The position numbers and the translations under genes were made by a program. Below are positions 36,068 to 46,123 of a stretch of DNA of 64,000 nucleotides, piece after piece. Source of the DNA: Candidatus Multivoradales bacterium (GTDB lineage: Bacteria > Acidobacteriota > Thermoanaerobaculia > Multivoradales > JAHEKO01); contig CBDCXM010000009.1 in assembly GCA_965223855.1 (NCBI GenBank), positions 928,001 to 992,000 on the forward strand, read 5' to 3'. Position 1 is the first letter of the stretch. Every line of letters begins with the position of its first letter. A model generated the notes under the pieces. It searched no databases, was not told the DNA's origin, and was given only the letters and a program-made list of their open reading frames with translations.

Positions 36068-37921
36068 GTGATCCCGACAACAGGGGGGCTGTCATGGACC
36101 CGGCGCGCGATCGTCCTCGGCGCCGTCGCTGCGGTCACCGGTGCCGCGTCCGGGAGCCGTGCGACGGCCCAGCAGGTGGTCAGCGACACGATCCCGACGA
36201 CCTTCCTCGAGTCGCTGCGGATCGATCTGGTCGAGGTCGAGGTGTTCGTCACCGACTCGAAGGGCACGGTGGTGACCGGACTGACCGAGCGTGACTTCAG
36301 GCTTCTGGAGGACGGCCGCAAGGTCGACATCGAGCACTTCGCCTGGATCGCCCCCACGACACCGCCCGATGCGGCTGCGGCGGACGCCGTCGATGCCACC
36401 TCGGCTGCGCCGATCCCGACCGAGACCGCGGCCGCCGAGCCGGGCCGCGTCGTCTTCTTCCTCGATGGAGCGTCGCTGCCGGCGGCGGCACGCCATCAGG
36501 CGGTCGACTCGCTGGTGCGTTTCGTCGGCGAGGATCTGGACGATGGGATCGAGGTGGCAGTGGCCGCCTACGACGGCGCATTCTCGATGCCGCTCACCTT
36601 CACCGTCGGCCGTGCCGAGGCCCAGGAGGCGCTGCGATCGGTGGCGCAGCCGAGCGCTCTCGGACTCCTGCGCCAGCGCGAGCGGGAGTCGACGGCGATC
36701 GAGTCGCTCGAGCTGCTGCGCCGGATCCGCGACCTTTCACGGAGCCCGGTTCGCCGTACCGAGGTGCCACGCTACTTCGGCGCCGTCAGCCGGCAGATCG
36801 AGGCTCAGGCTCGCCGGATTCGGGAGCAAAGTGCGGGGAGTCTCTACGCCCTGAGTCATGTCGTCAATGCGCTCGGCACCCTGCCCGGGCGCAAGGCGCT
36901 CGTCTACGTCGGTGCGGGCATGCCGATGCGCCCCGGGGCGGAGCTCCACGAGGCGCTCTCCGAGGCGGTGCGCACGACCGGCCCGATCGACGTCGACGTG
37001 ACGGATGGCGAGAGCCGCGACGCGGAGATCGCCCGGCGGTCAGCAGTTCTCGGTGCGGTGGAGGAGGCGAGTCCGCGCCGCAGCCGTGAGGTCGGCGAGG
37101 CCAACCGCGATCTCGCGCTACTGGCGGCGCTCGCCAACGCAAGCGGCGTGACCTTCTACCCGTTCCGGCCCGAGGGGCACATCGGTGGCTCGCTGCCGGA
37201 GCTCGCCGGCGGTGCCGCTGAGCTCGCGACACCGCAGTACAAGAGTCTTCGCCAGGCGAATCTGGTGGACACCCTGCGGTTTCTCTCCGATCGCAGCGGT
37301 GGCGTGACCGCGGTCGGTGGTGATGTCTCGGACGTCGTCGCTCAGGCGCGCGCCGACTTCGGCGGGCGCTACTCGCTGGCGTTCACGCCTCGTGCCACTG
37401 ACGACGGAGAGATTCACGACCTCGAGGTCAAGGTCAAGGGACGCGGGCTGCGGGTGCGCCACCGTGCCAGTTATCTCGCCAAGCCGCCGGCGATCCGCCT
37501 CGCAGACCGGGCGAGCACGGCGATGCTCTTCGGCATCGAGGACAACCCGCTCGATCTCTCCATCGCTATCGGGCGACAGGAAGCGACCGATCATCCGGAA
37601 CGGGTGATCGTGCCTCTGAGCTTGCGAATCCCGCTCGGCAATCTGGTGCTCGCGCCGGAGGAAGGCGTGCATGCGACGACGGCGACCCTCTTCATCGCCG
37701 CCATGGCTCCCGACGGCCAGCTCGCACCGGTACAGGAGGCCCAGCTGAAGATCGCCGTGCCCGAGGATCGACTCGCCAACGTGAACCGCGAGGTGCACGC
37801 GACCCGCATCGAGCTGCTGATGCGCCCCGGCCCACAGCGGGTGGCGATCGGCTTCGTCGATCCGGCGACCGGCCTGACGAGCTACGTCAGCCGCGACGTG
37901 GACGTGCGAGCCGCCGAGTAG
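36068..37921 (+). CDS. Acidobacterial VWA-domain protein
   Basis: LVEVEVFVTDSKG.VVTGLTERDFRLLEDG, PGRKALVYVG, Y.LAF.P, HDLEVKVK..VRHRASY. Confidence 0.85.
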   Translation: MIPTTGGLSWTRRAIVLGAVAAVTGAASGSRATAQQVVSDTIPTTFLESLRIDLVEVEVFVTDSKGTVVTGLTERDFRLLEDGRKVDIEHFAWIAPTTPPDAAAADAVDATSAAPIPTETAAAEPGRVVFFLDGASLPAAARHQAVDSLVRFVGEDLDDGIEVAVAAYDGAFSMPLTFTVGRAEAQEALRSVAQPSALGLLRQRERESTAIESLELLRRIRDLSRSPVRRTEVPRYFGAVSRQIEAQARRIREQSAGSLYALSHVVNALGTLPGRKALVYVGAGMPMRPGAELHEALSEAVRTTGPIDVDVTDGESRDAEIARRSAVLGAVEEASPRRSREVGEANRDLALLAALANASGVTFYPFRPEGHIGGSLPELAGGAAELATPQYKSLRQANLVDTLRFLSDRSGGVTAVGGDVSDVVAQARADFGGRYSLAFTPRATDDGEIHDLEVKVKGRGLRVRHRASYLAKPPAIRLADRASTAMLFGIEDNPLDLSIAIGRQEATDHPERVIVPLSLRIPLGNLVLAPEEGVHATTATLFIAAMAPDGQLAPVQEAQLKIAVPEDRLANVNREVHATRIELLMRPGPQRVAIGFVDPATGLTSYVSRDVDVRAAE

Positions 37922-37936
37922 CCGGCCGCGCCGAAG

Positions 37937-38665
37937 CTAACCGTCTTCGCACTCTTCCGAGGCATCGCAGCCGGCGATGAAGTCGAGGCAGATCTCCGGC
38001 GGTGCCGGCGGCGGGCTCGGGTCGGGCCGCACGTCGCCCGGGTCCGCGCACCCCTCGTCGTCGGTGACCTCGCGGGAGACGGAGAAGGCGTCTCCAGCCA
38101 GCGACAGGTCGCCGGCAATCGGAGGTGTGGCTTCGCCCGGCGCGAGGGTCACGGGGTCGCGGCCCGGGACCGTCACCGTCACGCTCCGCCCGTCGGTGCA
38201 GTTGCGGATCGCCCGCAGCTTCAGATCTCCGAGAGTGTCGGGGTCGAAGGTGAAGGCGGTGTCGGTTCGGCAGGTGCTCGAGGTGCGCCGGAACGGCCGG
38301 TCGTCCGTGACGACGTCGACCTCGGTGAAGGCGCAGGTGGTGAGCCCCATCCCGCAATCCTCCTCCGCCAGCTTCCAGAACTTGGCGGCGAAGACGGTGT
38401 CCTGGCAGACGGCGAACTGCTGGTTGCCGATGTAGCTGCCGTCGGCCCGGCGGAAGAGCGAGGAGCTGCTGCCGGCGGCGGGACGCGGCACGACATCGAG
38501 CGCGCCCTGGGTATGGCCGTTACTCGATTCGATCTGCAGCCGGAAGATCTCACCCGGGCAGACGACCGGCGGGTTGACGGAGAGCCGGATCTGAGGGGGT
38601 GAGACGCAACCGATCGAGATGAGCGTCGACAGAGGGAACAGGGCGACGAGCGAGAGCTTTCGCAT
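37937..38665 (-). CDS. Cys-rich lipoprotein, hypothetical
   Basis: Lipobox SIGC; ~10 further Cys. Confidence 0.65.
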   Translation of the reverse strand: MRKLSLVALFPLSTLISIGCVSPPQIRLSVNPPVVCPGEIFRLQIESSNGHTQGALDVVPRPAAGSSSSLFRRADGSYIGNQQFAVCQDTVFAAKFWKLAEEDCGMGLTTCAFTEVDVVTDDRPFRRTSSTCRTDTAFTFDPDTLGDLKLRAIRNCTDGRSVTVTVPGRDPVTLAPGEATPPIAGDLSLAGDAFSVSREVTDDEGCADPGDVRPDPSPPPAPPEICLDFIAGCDASEECEDG

Positions 38666-38719
38666 GGGGCAACTCCTTTCGATGGAGTTGGCGACTCGTC
38701 GCGTCGTTCCACAACAGAT

Positions 38720-40135
38720 TCAAGCCGATGCGCCTTCGCCTTCCGGGAGATCGCCTCCCAGCAGCTCGGCTACCCGGAGTCGGGTCTCGCGCCGTTCGTG
38801 GAGCGAGTGGCTCAGACCGGAGGTTCTCTCGTCGGTTTCGACTCGCAGCGTCTCGACGGTGGCACTCGCACCGGCCGGCACCGGTTCGACCTCCACGGCC
38901 ACCAGACCGGCGTAGCGCAACACGGCGCCTCCCGTAGCGAAGCGCAGCGCCAGCGTACCGACGTGCACGGAGAGCGGTGCGACGACGGCGACGATCAGAG
39001 CTCCGACGAGGACGAATCCGATGCCGACACCCATGATCGCTTCGATGATGTAGACCCACCAGGGGTCGAAGCCGTCTCCTGCAAGGAGGTCCCAACCGAG
39101 GCGACCCAGCGCCACTGCGATCCACAGGGCGACGACGAAAAAGAAGCCCAGCCGCTTCTCTCCGAGTTCGAGCAGTCGGCCCAACCCGCCGACAAGTCCG
39201 CCGGCTGTCAACTGTGACAGGCACCGGTCGATCGTCTGCGCGAGGGCGATTCCCAGGCTCGCCTCGTCGCCGGGCGTTCGCAGTGCATGGAACCGCCCGG
39301 GCATCCGATGGTAGCGATCCGGGGCGAGCAGTCTGGTGAGGCCTTCGTGCGGGCGAAGCGCCCAGTGGGGAGCGAACCTGCCGAGCAGGACAAGGGCAAC
39401 GACTACCGCCAGGGTGAGGTAGGCGATGAGACCTCCGAACTCGTCACGCTGCCACGCCCAGACAGTGGCCGAAGCGGCAATCCAGGCGGCAACGAGGGAG
39501 GGCAGCAGATCGGCCAGCGCTCGCGCCGCGGCGCCGGAGCGCCGGACGACCCATGGATAGGCCAGAAGCAGGGCACCGGCGGGCAGCCAGATCCAGCGAC
39601 TCCAACTCTCGTCCAGGGTCCAGGCGTGAAGGGAGGACGCGGCCAGCAGGCAAGCGACGAGGATGAAGAAGAAGCGGGCGCCCGAGACGAAGCGCATCAG
39701 CATCTCCGCCCGACTCGCCTTGAGCTGCCTCAGCGCCGCGAAGGGGGTGCCGAGGGTGACGAGCGCGACCGGGTTGCGAGGGAGTGCTGCGCCGCATGCC
39801 AGGGCATCGAAGGCGACCGTGCCGCCGTGGCTGTGAGCGACGATCGCATGCTCGGTGGCGCCGTCGTTCTCCATCTCGGCCGTGAGCTCTTCGCGGAGCC
39901 GCGCTGCCGCCTCGTGACGGGCGACGAACGAGTTCTCGCCCGACCATTCGAACGGTCTGAACTCGAGCGGCCGATCCGCCGCCTCACCGACCTCCCGGCA
40001 GAAGTCGGACCCCGGTCGGAACCACGGCAGGGGGAAGCGTTTCGGGTCGGCCTCGTGGCGCCGCTCCCACCGCTCGCGGCCCCCGAGGCCGTACGCCCAG
40101 GTCCCGTGCACGAGGTGGACGATCAGCGGTCTCAT
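38720..40135 (-). CDS. Membrane-inserted alpha/beta-hydrolase-like protein
   Basis: LVHGT, WSGENS, AHSHGG nucleophile elbow, LVTLGTPF, then several TM and C-terminal HS. Confidence 0.65.
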   Translation of the reverse strand: MRPLIVHLVHGTWAYGLGGRERWERRHEADPKRFPLPWFRPGSDFCREVGEAADRPLEFRPFEWSGENSFVARHEAAARLREELTAEMENDGATEHAIVAHSHGGTVAFDALACGAALPRNPVALVTLGTPFAALRQLKASRAEMLMRFVSGARFFFILVACLLAASSLHAWTLDESWSRWIWLPAGALLLAYPWVVRRSGAAARALADLLPSLVAAWIAASATVWAWQRDEFGGLIAYLTLAVVVALVLLGRFAPHWALRPHEGLTRLLAPDRYHRMPGRFHALRTPGDEASLGIALAQTIDRCLSQLTAGGLVGGLGRLLELGEKRLGFFFVVALWIAVALGRLGWDLLAGDGFDPWWVYIIEAIMGVGIGFVLVGALIVAVVAPLSVHVGTLALRFATGGAVLRYAGLVAVEVEPVPAGASATVETLRVETDERTSGLSHSLHERRETRLRVAELLGGDLPEGEGASA

Positions 40136-40139
40136 ACGG

Positions 40140-41879
40140 TCAGTAGCGCCAGCTCGTCAGGTCCGCCCCTTCGGGAGCGCTCGCCTCGATCCGTTCGAGG
40201 ATCTTCGGCAGGTACATCGTGTTGTAGCGCAGCCGCGAGATGTGGTTCCCGTTCTCGTGATCGCCGTTCCAGCAGTGCTCGGCGCGGTCGCCGTAGTCGA
40301 CCTCGCCGGCGTAGTAGGGGTCGGTGGTCGACTCGAGGAACTCCTCCACCAGGTAGACGGCGTTGTTGAGGTAGAAGTTGTCCATGTCGCCGCAATAGAG
40401 GTGGATCTTGCCGACCAGGTCGGGGCCGATCTCGGACCAGTTCTCCCGCAGCACCAGGCCGAGGTCGTACTTCTTCCAGTGCTCGGCGACCTCGCGATCG
40501 ATCTCGCCCGTGAGCTTGTTCCACAACCGCTTCGGGTAACCGTCCTCCCCGACCGGCGAGTAGACCGCCTCCCAGATGTCGAACTGGTCGCCGGAGCGGG
40601 TCTTCGTCCCCTTGGCGAGCTCCTGATGATTGAAGCCGGCGAGCGTCGCCGTGACGTTGCCGAGATAGTCGCGAATTCCGGGGCGCTCGACCCGGGTGAA
40701 AGGGCCGTCCTCGTAGTAGAGGTTGTCGTCCTCGTAGATGTCGACCAGCATGAAGGCGCGGAAGTCGATCGGGTCGGGGCAGGCGGCGAAGGCGCCGTTG
40801 TACTCGGTCGGGTAGAAGACCTGCGCCGCGAGTGCCTCCCAGCCGCCGGTCGAGCCGCCGTAGAGGAAGCGCGCCCAACCCTCGCCGAGGCCGCGGAAGC
40901 GGCGCTCGATCTCCGGGATCAGCTCATAGGTGATCGCATCGCCGTAGGGGCCGACGTTGGCCGAGTTGACGGCGTAGGAGTCGTCGTAGAACGGGTTCGG
41001 ATGCTGGATCTGGACGATCAGCACCCGGGGGAAGCCGTCGCCGGTCCACCGGCGGTAGAAGTCGTACGCCTCCTGCTGCTGGATGCGGTTGTAGCAGTCG
41101 ACGTCGAAGCGCTCGCTGTAGGCGCACTCGAGATCGGGCTCGGGCGGCGTGGTGCGAAACCCGCCGAAGTCGGACGGGAAGTGGCCGTGGAAGATCATCA
41201 GCGGATAGCGCGCCTCGGGGTGTTCGTCGAACCCCTCGGGCACCAGCACGTGGGCGCCGAGCTCCATGTCTCGTCCCCAGAACTCCGACAGGAGCTCCGA
41301 GCGCATGCGCAGGTGGCGCACGTACTTGGTGTCCTTCGGTGGCTCGATCGGCGGGATCTCGCGGTCGAGCTCCAGGGTCGGGTTGTCCTCGCCGCCGGTC
41401 CCGAGCTCGAGCCATCGTGGAGTCGAGTAGAGGTTGCCGGGGGCGCGGTTCCACTGCTGCCCTTCGCCGCGGTCCATCGGCAGCTTGACGACGTGGCCGT
41501 CGGAGCGGTGGAAGGTCTCGTAGCGGTGCAACAGCGCCTGCACCCGGTAGCGCCCGGCCGGCAGATCGCCGAGGCGGGATACCGGGTAGCCGAAGGTGTC
41601 GCCGTCGAAGACGACCGTCGCACCCGGTGCGGCTCCTTCGACATCGACGCCGAAGACCTGCATCGTCGTCGTCGCGTTCCATCCGATCTGGAAACGCGGC
41701 TCGGCGTCGTCGTTGGTGGAGACGAGCAGCAGCATCCGCCCGTCGACCGGCCTGTCGATCTGGCTGTCTGTCGGGCCGGGCTCCGAGGCCGGCAGTCGCA
41801 CCGCGATCTCGGTAGCAAGCGCGACAGCCGGCGCCAGCAGGATGAGTACGGCGAGCGCGCCTCGCGACGAAACCTTCAT
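40140..41879 (-). CDS. Secreted esterase-family alpha/beta hydrolase
   Basis: Signal peptide, NSANVGPYG, GGSTGGW, GDMDNFYL, EHC. Confidence 0.8.
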   Translation of the reverse strand: MKVSSRGALAVLILLAPAVALATEIAVRLPASEPGPTDSQIDRPVDGRMLLLVSTNDDAEPRFQIGWNATTTMQVFGVDVEGAAPGATVVFDGDTFGYPVSRLGDLPAGRYRVQALLHRYETFHRSDGHVVKLPMDRGEGQQWNRAPGNLYSTPRWLELGTGGEDNPTLELDREIPPIEPPKDTKYVRHLRMRSELLSEFWGRDMELGAHVLVPEGFDEHPEARYPLMIFHGHFPSDFGGFRTTPPEPDLECAYSERFDVDCYNRIQQQEAYDFYRRWTGDGFPRVLIVQIQHPNPFYDDSYAVNSANVGPYGDAITYELIPEIERRFRGLGEGWARFLYGGSTGGWEALAAQVFYPTEYNGAFAACPDPIDFRAFMLVDIYEDDNLYYEDGPFTRVERPGIRDYLGNVTATLAGFNHQELAKGTKTRSGDQFDIWEAVYSPVGEDGYPKRLWNKLTGEIDREVAEHWKKYDLGLVLRENWSEIGPDLVGKIHLYCGDMDNFYLNNAVYLVEEFLESTTDPYYAGEVDYGDRAEHCWNGDHENGNHISRLRYNTMYLPKILERIEASAPEGADLTSWRY

Positions 41880-41955
41880 GGCATCTCCTCCGGGGGAAGT
41901 GAGGCCACATGGTACCGCTGCGGGGCGTCGGTCCCGCCGCCGGATGCCTTACCGA

Positions 41956-42813
41956 TCAGATGGCGTCGCGTTGTCTCGACGCGCTGTCCTGCAGCCTGCG
42001 ATCGAGCTCGCGAATCGCCCGGCGCACGAGCATCCGCGCCTTGCCCAGCAGCAACAGGGAGCTGAAGCGCACGGCCATCAGGTAGTCGATCTGCTTCGAC
42101 AGGATGAGTCCGCCCGGGGTGGCGTCGAGAGTCATCTCCGCGGTCCCGCTGACGGATTGGAGCGTGGCGAGGAGAGACTCACGCTGGGCGGCAAGGGCGT
42201 CTCCCGGCGAATCCCCGAAGGCGGTCGTGCCTCGAGGGGCTCGATGACGGGCGCCGGTTGCGTCGATCCACTCCACCCACAGGATGCCCGGCTTCCGGGC
42301 CAGCTCTTCCAGCGCATCCCTAAGCACCGTGTCAGGGGAAAGCGCCGGACGAATCTCGGTAGCGAGTGGCGGCACAAGAGCGAAGCCGACCTCGCGGTGC
42401 GACGTGGAGGCCGGTTCGCGATCGGGCGGAAGCAGCGGGCTTGTCACCAGGTGAGCCGACAGCGCTGCATGTACTGCTTCTTCGAGCTCCGCCAGGGAGA
42501 ACGGACTCGAGATGAGACAGTCGGCGCCGGCCTCTGCGGCGAGCGCGTTCGATTCCCCGATCGCATCGGTGGAGATCAAGACGATGCCGATGTCGGGAAA
42601 CTCCTCCGAGTGCCGAAACCGCTGACACACCTCGAGTCCATTCCGGTTCCGAAGGCCAAGCTCACAGATGACCACATCCGGCAACTCCCTGCGAGCCGCG
42701 CGGAGAGCGTCCTCGGCGGACTGCGCGACTGCGACGCTGTGGCCCCTTCCGAGCATCCTCTCGACCGTCTTGCCGAAGTCGACGCTCTCGCCGAAGACGA
42801 GGATCCTGTTCAT
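41956..42813 (-). CDS. Pseudo-receiver plus roadblock-like domain protein
   Basis: REC fold with PDVVICE (Asp to Glu); C-terminal LEELARKPGILWVEWIDATG...LLGKARMLVRR. Confidence 0.7.
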   Translation of the reverse strand: MNRILVFGESVDFGKTVERMLGRGHSVAVAQSAEDALRAARRELPDVVICELGLRNRNGLEVCQRFRHSEEFPDIGIVLISTDAIGESNALAAEAGADCLISSPFSLAELEEAVHAALSAHLVTSPLLPPDREPASTSHREVGFALVPPLATEIRPALSPDTVLRDALEELARKPGILWVEWIDATGARHRAPRGTTAFGDSPGDALAAQRESLLATLQSVSGTAEMTLDATPGGLILSKQIDYLMAVRFSSLLLLGKARMLVRRAIRELDRRLQDSASRQRDAI

Positions 42814-43577
42814 GGCCCCGCTTCCTCGCGGCTCGCGTGATCCAGTCTCATGCCCGCCTCGAGCAGGAGCTCCATGCCATGGATCTCCAGGGTCTGTGGA
42901 ACTCCGACCATGCTCTCCTCGCTGGTCGATGTGAACGCGAACGGAATGCCGCCTGGTGCCGGCCTTCTCGCGAGCAGCTCGGTGACCGCTTCGAGTCCGG
43001 TCACGCTGTCGGCCTCTGCGTGGAGGAGGAACCCCCGACGGTAGTAGAGCGAGGCGGTCGCGTCACCGAACTGAAGGGAGAGCCTGCCGGTGCTGACGGT
43101 CCGCCCGAAGAAGAGAATGAGTTCGGGAAGCCCTACGCCCTCGAGACTCCCCTCGAGGGAGATCCGGCTGGCCTCGGCCGCTGGAGAGCATTTGTCGGAA
43201 CGCCGGCTCTTCGCCTCGCTCTTCTCCGGATCGAGCGCAGCGAGAATGCGGTTCGCTGTCAGGATGCGGCTCTCGTCCTCTTGCACGAAACAGGTCGCGT
43301 CAAGCGGTCCTGCCTGGATCGCCGTCTCCCGGCCGAAGATGAGAAGGGCAATCTCGCCGAGCAGATTCTCGAGATCCAGTGCCTCGACCAGCTCCCCAGG
43401 GGTCAGGCCCACCTGGTCGGCGGCGTAGACGATGGCGTCGGGTCGGCACTCCCGGACCCTTTCCAGTGCGCTGACCGCTTCGGGTATGTGCTCTGTCTCG
43501 ACACCACTAGCCTCGAAGGCCCCGACCAGGGTCATGGCGCGCCGTGCGTCGGGGTCGATGAGGAGGAAGCGCCTCAT
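42810..43577 (-). CDS. Degenerate receiver plus DUF4388 (PATAN-like) protein
   Basis: MRRFLLIDPD start; LEGSLEGVGLPELI..STGRLSL..LYYRRG.LLHAE..GLEAV. Confidence 0.8.
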   Translation of the reverse strand: MRRFLLIDPDARRAMTLVGAFEASGVETEHIPEAVSALERVRECRPDAIVYAADQVGLTPGELVEALDLENLLGEIALLIFGRETAIQAGPLDATCFVQEDESRILTANRILAALDPEKSEAKSRRSDKCSPAAEASRISLEGSLEGVGLPELILFFGRTVSTGRLSLQFGDATASLYYRRGFLLHAEADSVTGLEAVTELLARRPAPGGIPFAFTSTSEESMVGVPQTLEIHGMELLLEAGMRLDHASREEAGP

Positions 43578-43618
43578 AGACTCCGTTTGCTCCGGAGGCC
43601 GTTGAGCAGCGACAACTC

Positions 43619-44095
43619 TCAGTCCTCGAAGAGCTCGTCGAGCGCGGGGTCTGATACTCGGAGAGGCGAGGTGGGCCGCAGTGGCTGGGCCGGGCTCTCT
43701 TCCGGGTCGTTCAGGTCCGCTAACGGTAGTGGCCCGCGGAGGCACTGTTGCACCGTCTCCTGCAAGGAGATGGGCGAAAAAGGCTTGACCAGATACTTGG
43801 TGGCGCCAAGAAGGTAGCCACGGTCGATGTCGGACTCGCTACTCTTCGAGGAGATGAGGACGATCGGCAGCTCCGCGGCCGAAGTCGACCTTCTCAGCGA
43901 CTCCAGGACCTCGTACCCGTCCGGATCCGGCATCGAGATGTCGAGGAGCAGGACGTCCGGCGCAACCTCTTCGACGAGCGCCTCTGTCTGGTTGGTGTGG
44001 CCGCTCATGTGAACCTCATGTCCGGCTCCTTCGAGGATCGAGCCGATCAGCTTTCGATCTGCTTCGGAGTCGTCGATGACAAGAAGTGATGCCAT
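43619..44095 (-). CDS. Single-domain response regulator (PilH/CheY-like)
   Basis: VIDD, LLDISMPDPDG, ISSK, GATKYLVKPF; intact phosphoacceptor. Confidence 0.9.
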   Translation of the reverse strand: MASLLVIDDSEADRKLIGSILEGAGHEVHMSGHTNQTEALVEEVAPDVLLLDISMPDPDGYEVLESLRRSTSAAELPIVLISSKSSESDIDRGYLLGATKYLVKPFSPISLQETVQQCLRGPLPLADLNDPEESPAQPLRPTSPLRVSDPALDELFED

Positions 44096-44188
44096 GGGTG
44101 CTGCTCCTGTTGTGAGTTGGAATGGCGAGACGGCAACTCAGGGGCTCACGAGAGTCGAGTCGTCCTGGAAGAGAGGCCCTCGAAGGTG

Positions 44189-45640
44189 TCAGCCGTGCCT
44201 GCTTCGAGGCTCTCGCGAGTCCCGGAAAGCATGCAGGGCGAGAGCCTGATCCCGGGTCAGCATCCGAGTCGCCAGCGACTCGATTTTCGTGCGCAGCTCG
44301 CTCAGTAGCGGCGACCAATCGTGCCTTCCGCCGGTGATTCCGAGCAGGCCCAGATACGGGGGCTCGTCCGGATCTGCAGCCACGGTGTTCAGCCCGAGAG
44401 GCAGGTGCCGTCCTGCCCTGGAAGCTTTCAACACCGCTTGCAGGCCGGCCGCCCAGAGCCGGTCGAATCGATCTATGGTCTCGTCGGCGCCGTACCCCGA
44501 CCACTCGAGCGCGGTCAGCTCATCCTCGAGGCTCTTGCGCTTTCGGACTACTTCCCAGATCTGGACGCCTTCCTCGAATGTCGGAAGCAGCGCAAGAGCA
44601 CGTCCGGTGGAGATCAAGCCGACGAGCTTCACGTGCTCTCTGGCCCAGGCGATCAGGTGTGGTCGCGCCAGCTCGGGCGTGTCGAAGGACCGGGTCTCGT
44701 CAGTGGCGAAGCTCCAGTTGCGAGTTTCACCGCGCGCTCTCAATGCACCCAATTCCAGCCAGGAGATGTCCTCGCGAAGTGCCTCGCTCAGGAGCAGTCG
44801 CCCCTCCACCGGCGGCCACACCGTGCCCTCGCCCACCGGAGTCAGCAGATCCGGTGTTACGTTGCTCGAGAACCGCTGTCGAGCGAGTTCGTCGAAAGAG
44901 GACGACGACGTTCGCCGGGATGCCACGGAGAGCTCAGGCCGGAGTTCATCGTCTTCGAGATCAAGCTCGGCGAGAAGGGCATTGGGGGAGGAGCTCCCGG
45001 CATCTGCCGCTTCGAGGTGTCCAAGGGAGTCGAGCTCACGGACCCGGGCCAGAGCTGCTCTCACCGCTGCAACGAACGTCTCGCGAACGCCGGTGCCTTC
45101 TGTTGCCGAAGTCTCGTGCCACTCGTGGTCTCCGGTAAGTCTCGCGTCAAGGTCGGACACTGCGATGGCGGTACGCATGTCTCGCTTGTTCAGCTGCAAG
45201 AGCATCGGAACTTGCCGGCCGCTGTCGACGAGGTAATCCAGGCATTCCTCGAGGGCGACCTGACTGGCAGCAAGGGCGGACTCGCGAGTGTCGACCACGA
45301 AGACGATCACGTCGGCGTCCTCGAGGATCCTGCGGCGCCTCGCTGCCAGAGCGGGCTGGCCAGGAACGGCAACGAGCTGGCATTGGATCGGACGCCCGCC
45401 GAATCGACCCGCGGTGTGCTCGACCCAGTCGAAGTAGAGAGTGCGACCCTCCCGCTCACCAGGTGTGATCATCTCGGCGCCGAGTGAGCGACTCAGCGCC
45501 TCGAGCGTGGCGGTCTTTCCCGCCTCCGCGGCACCGTCGTACACAAGCCGAAGGCGAAGACAACCCGTCTCTGTGTCAATCTGAGGCATGCCGGGACCCA
45601 GCGGCTCCTGAGAGACGACAGTTTGGCCCTCGGTCGCCAA
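44189..45640 (-). CDS. MglA-like small GTPase with ~280-aa C-terminal extension (start may be 45589)
   Basis: LVYDGAAEAGKT, GRTLYFDW, VPGQ, VFVVD, LNKRD, TSATEGTGV. Confidence 0.85.
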   Translation of the reverse strand: MATEGQTVVSQEPLGPGMPQIDTETGCLRLRLVYDGAAEAGKTATLEALSRSLGAEMITPGEREGRTLYFDWVEHTAGRFGGRPIQCQLVAVPGQPALAARRRRILEDADVIVFVVDTRESALAASQVALEECLDYLVDSGRQVPMLLQLNKRDMRTAIAVSDLDARLTGDHEWHETSATEGTGVRETFVAAVRAALARVRELDSLGHLEAADAGSSSPNALLAELDLEDDELRPELSVASRRTSSSSFDELARQRFSSNVTPDLLTPVGEGTVWPPVEGRLLLSEALREDISWLELGALRARGETRNWSFATDETRSFDTPELARPHLIAWAREHVKLVGLISTGRALALLPTFEEGVQIWEVVRKRKSLEDELTALEWSGYGADETIDRFDRLWAAGLQAVLKASRAGRHLPLGLNTVAADPDEPPYLGLLGITGGRHDWSPLLSELRTKIESLATRMLTRDQALALHAFRDSREPRSRHG

Positions 45641-45657
45641 TGCCGGGAGTTTGAGAC

Positions 45658-45688
45658 GAGCGACAGGCTTTCGAGGAGCCTGTCGCTC
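45658..45688 (-). terminator. Intercistronic hairpin (attenuator or mRNA stabiliser)
   Basis: 12-bp perfect stem GAGCGACAGGCT/AGCCTGTCGCTC between the roadblock genes and the GTPase; no long U tract. Confidence 0.55.
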
Positions 45689-45714
45689 TCTCAGGTCGGC
45701 GTGGGGTGCTTCGT

Positions 45715-46083
45715 CTAGGCGGCCGCCTGGACGGTCGAAGCGACGGCGCGCCGAACAAGAGCGAGATTGGACTGCGACTTGTCGACTGCCAGGTAGAGGA
45801 AGGTGCCTTTGTCGATCAGCTTGATCAGATGGATCTGGTCGCTGAGAGTCAGCAGCATGTCCTCGAGGTCCGAGTCAAGGCCGAGGGCCCCGATGGTCTT
45901 GAGCTTCATCTTGACCATCTCGCTGTTGTAGGCGCTTGCTGCGTCCAGGTCGAAGTCCGTTCTTTGGGTGCGAACGGCGATGGTCATTCCTGAATCGATG
46001 TCGGCAACCGAGGCGCCGATGAAGCCTCCAAGGCTCGCTTCCAGGCTCTCGAGGGCTGACTCCATGTTGTTGTCGTTGGGCAT
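45715..46083 (-). CDS. Roadblock/LC7-like protein
   Basis: GFIGASVADIDSGM, AYNSEMVKMK, LEDMLLTLSDQIHLI, NLALVR. Confidence 0.8.
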   Translation of the reverse strand: MPNDNNMESALESLEASLGGFIGASVADIDSGMTIAVRTQRTDFDLDAASAYNSEMVKMKLKTIGALGLDSDLEDMLLTLSDQIHLIKLIDKGTFLYLAVDKSQSNLALVRRAVASTVQAAA

Positions 46084-46123
46084 TGCTCTTTACTCCTTTG
46101 GGTGCGGTTTGGGAAGGTCGCCG

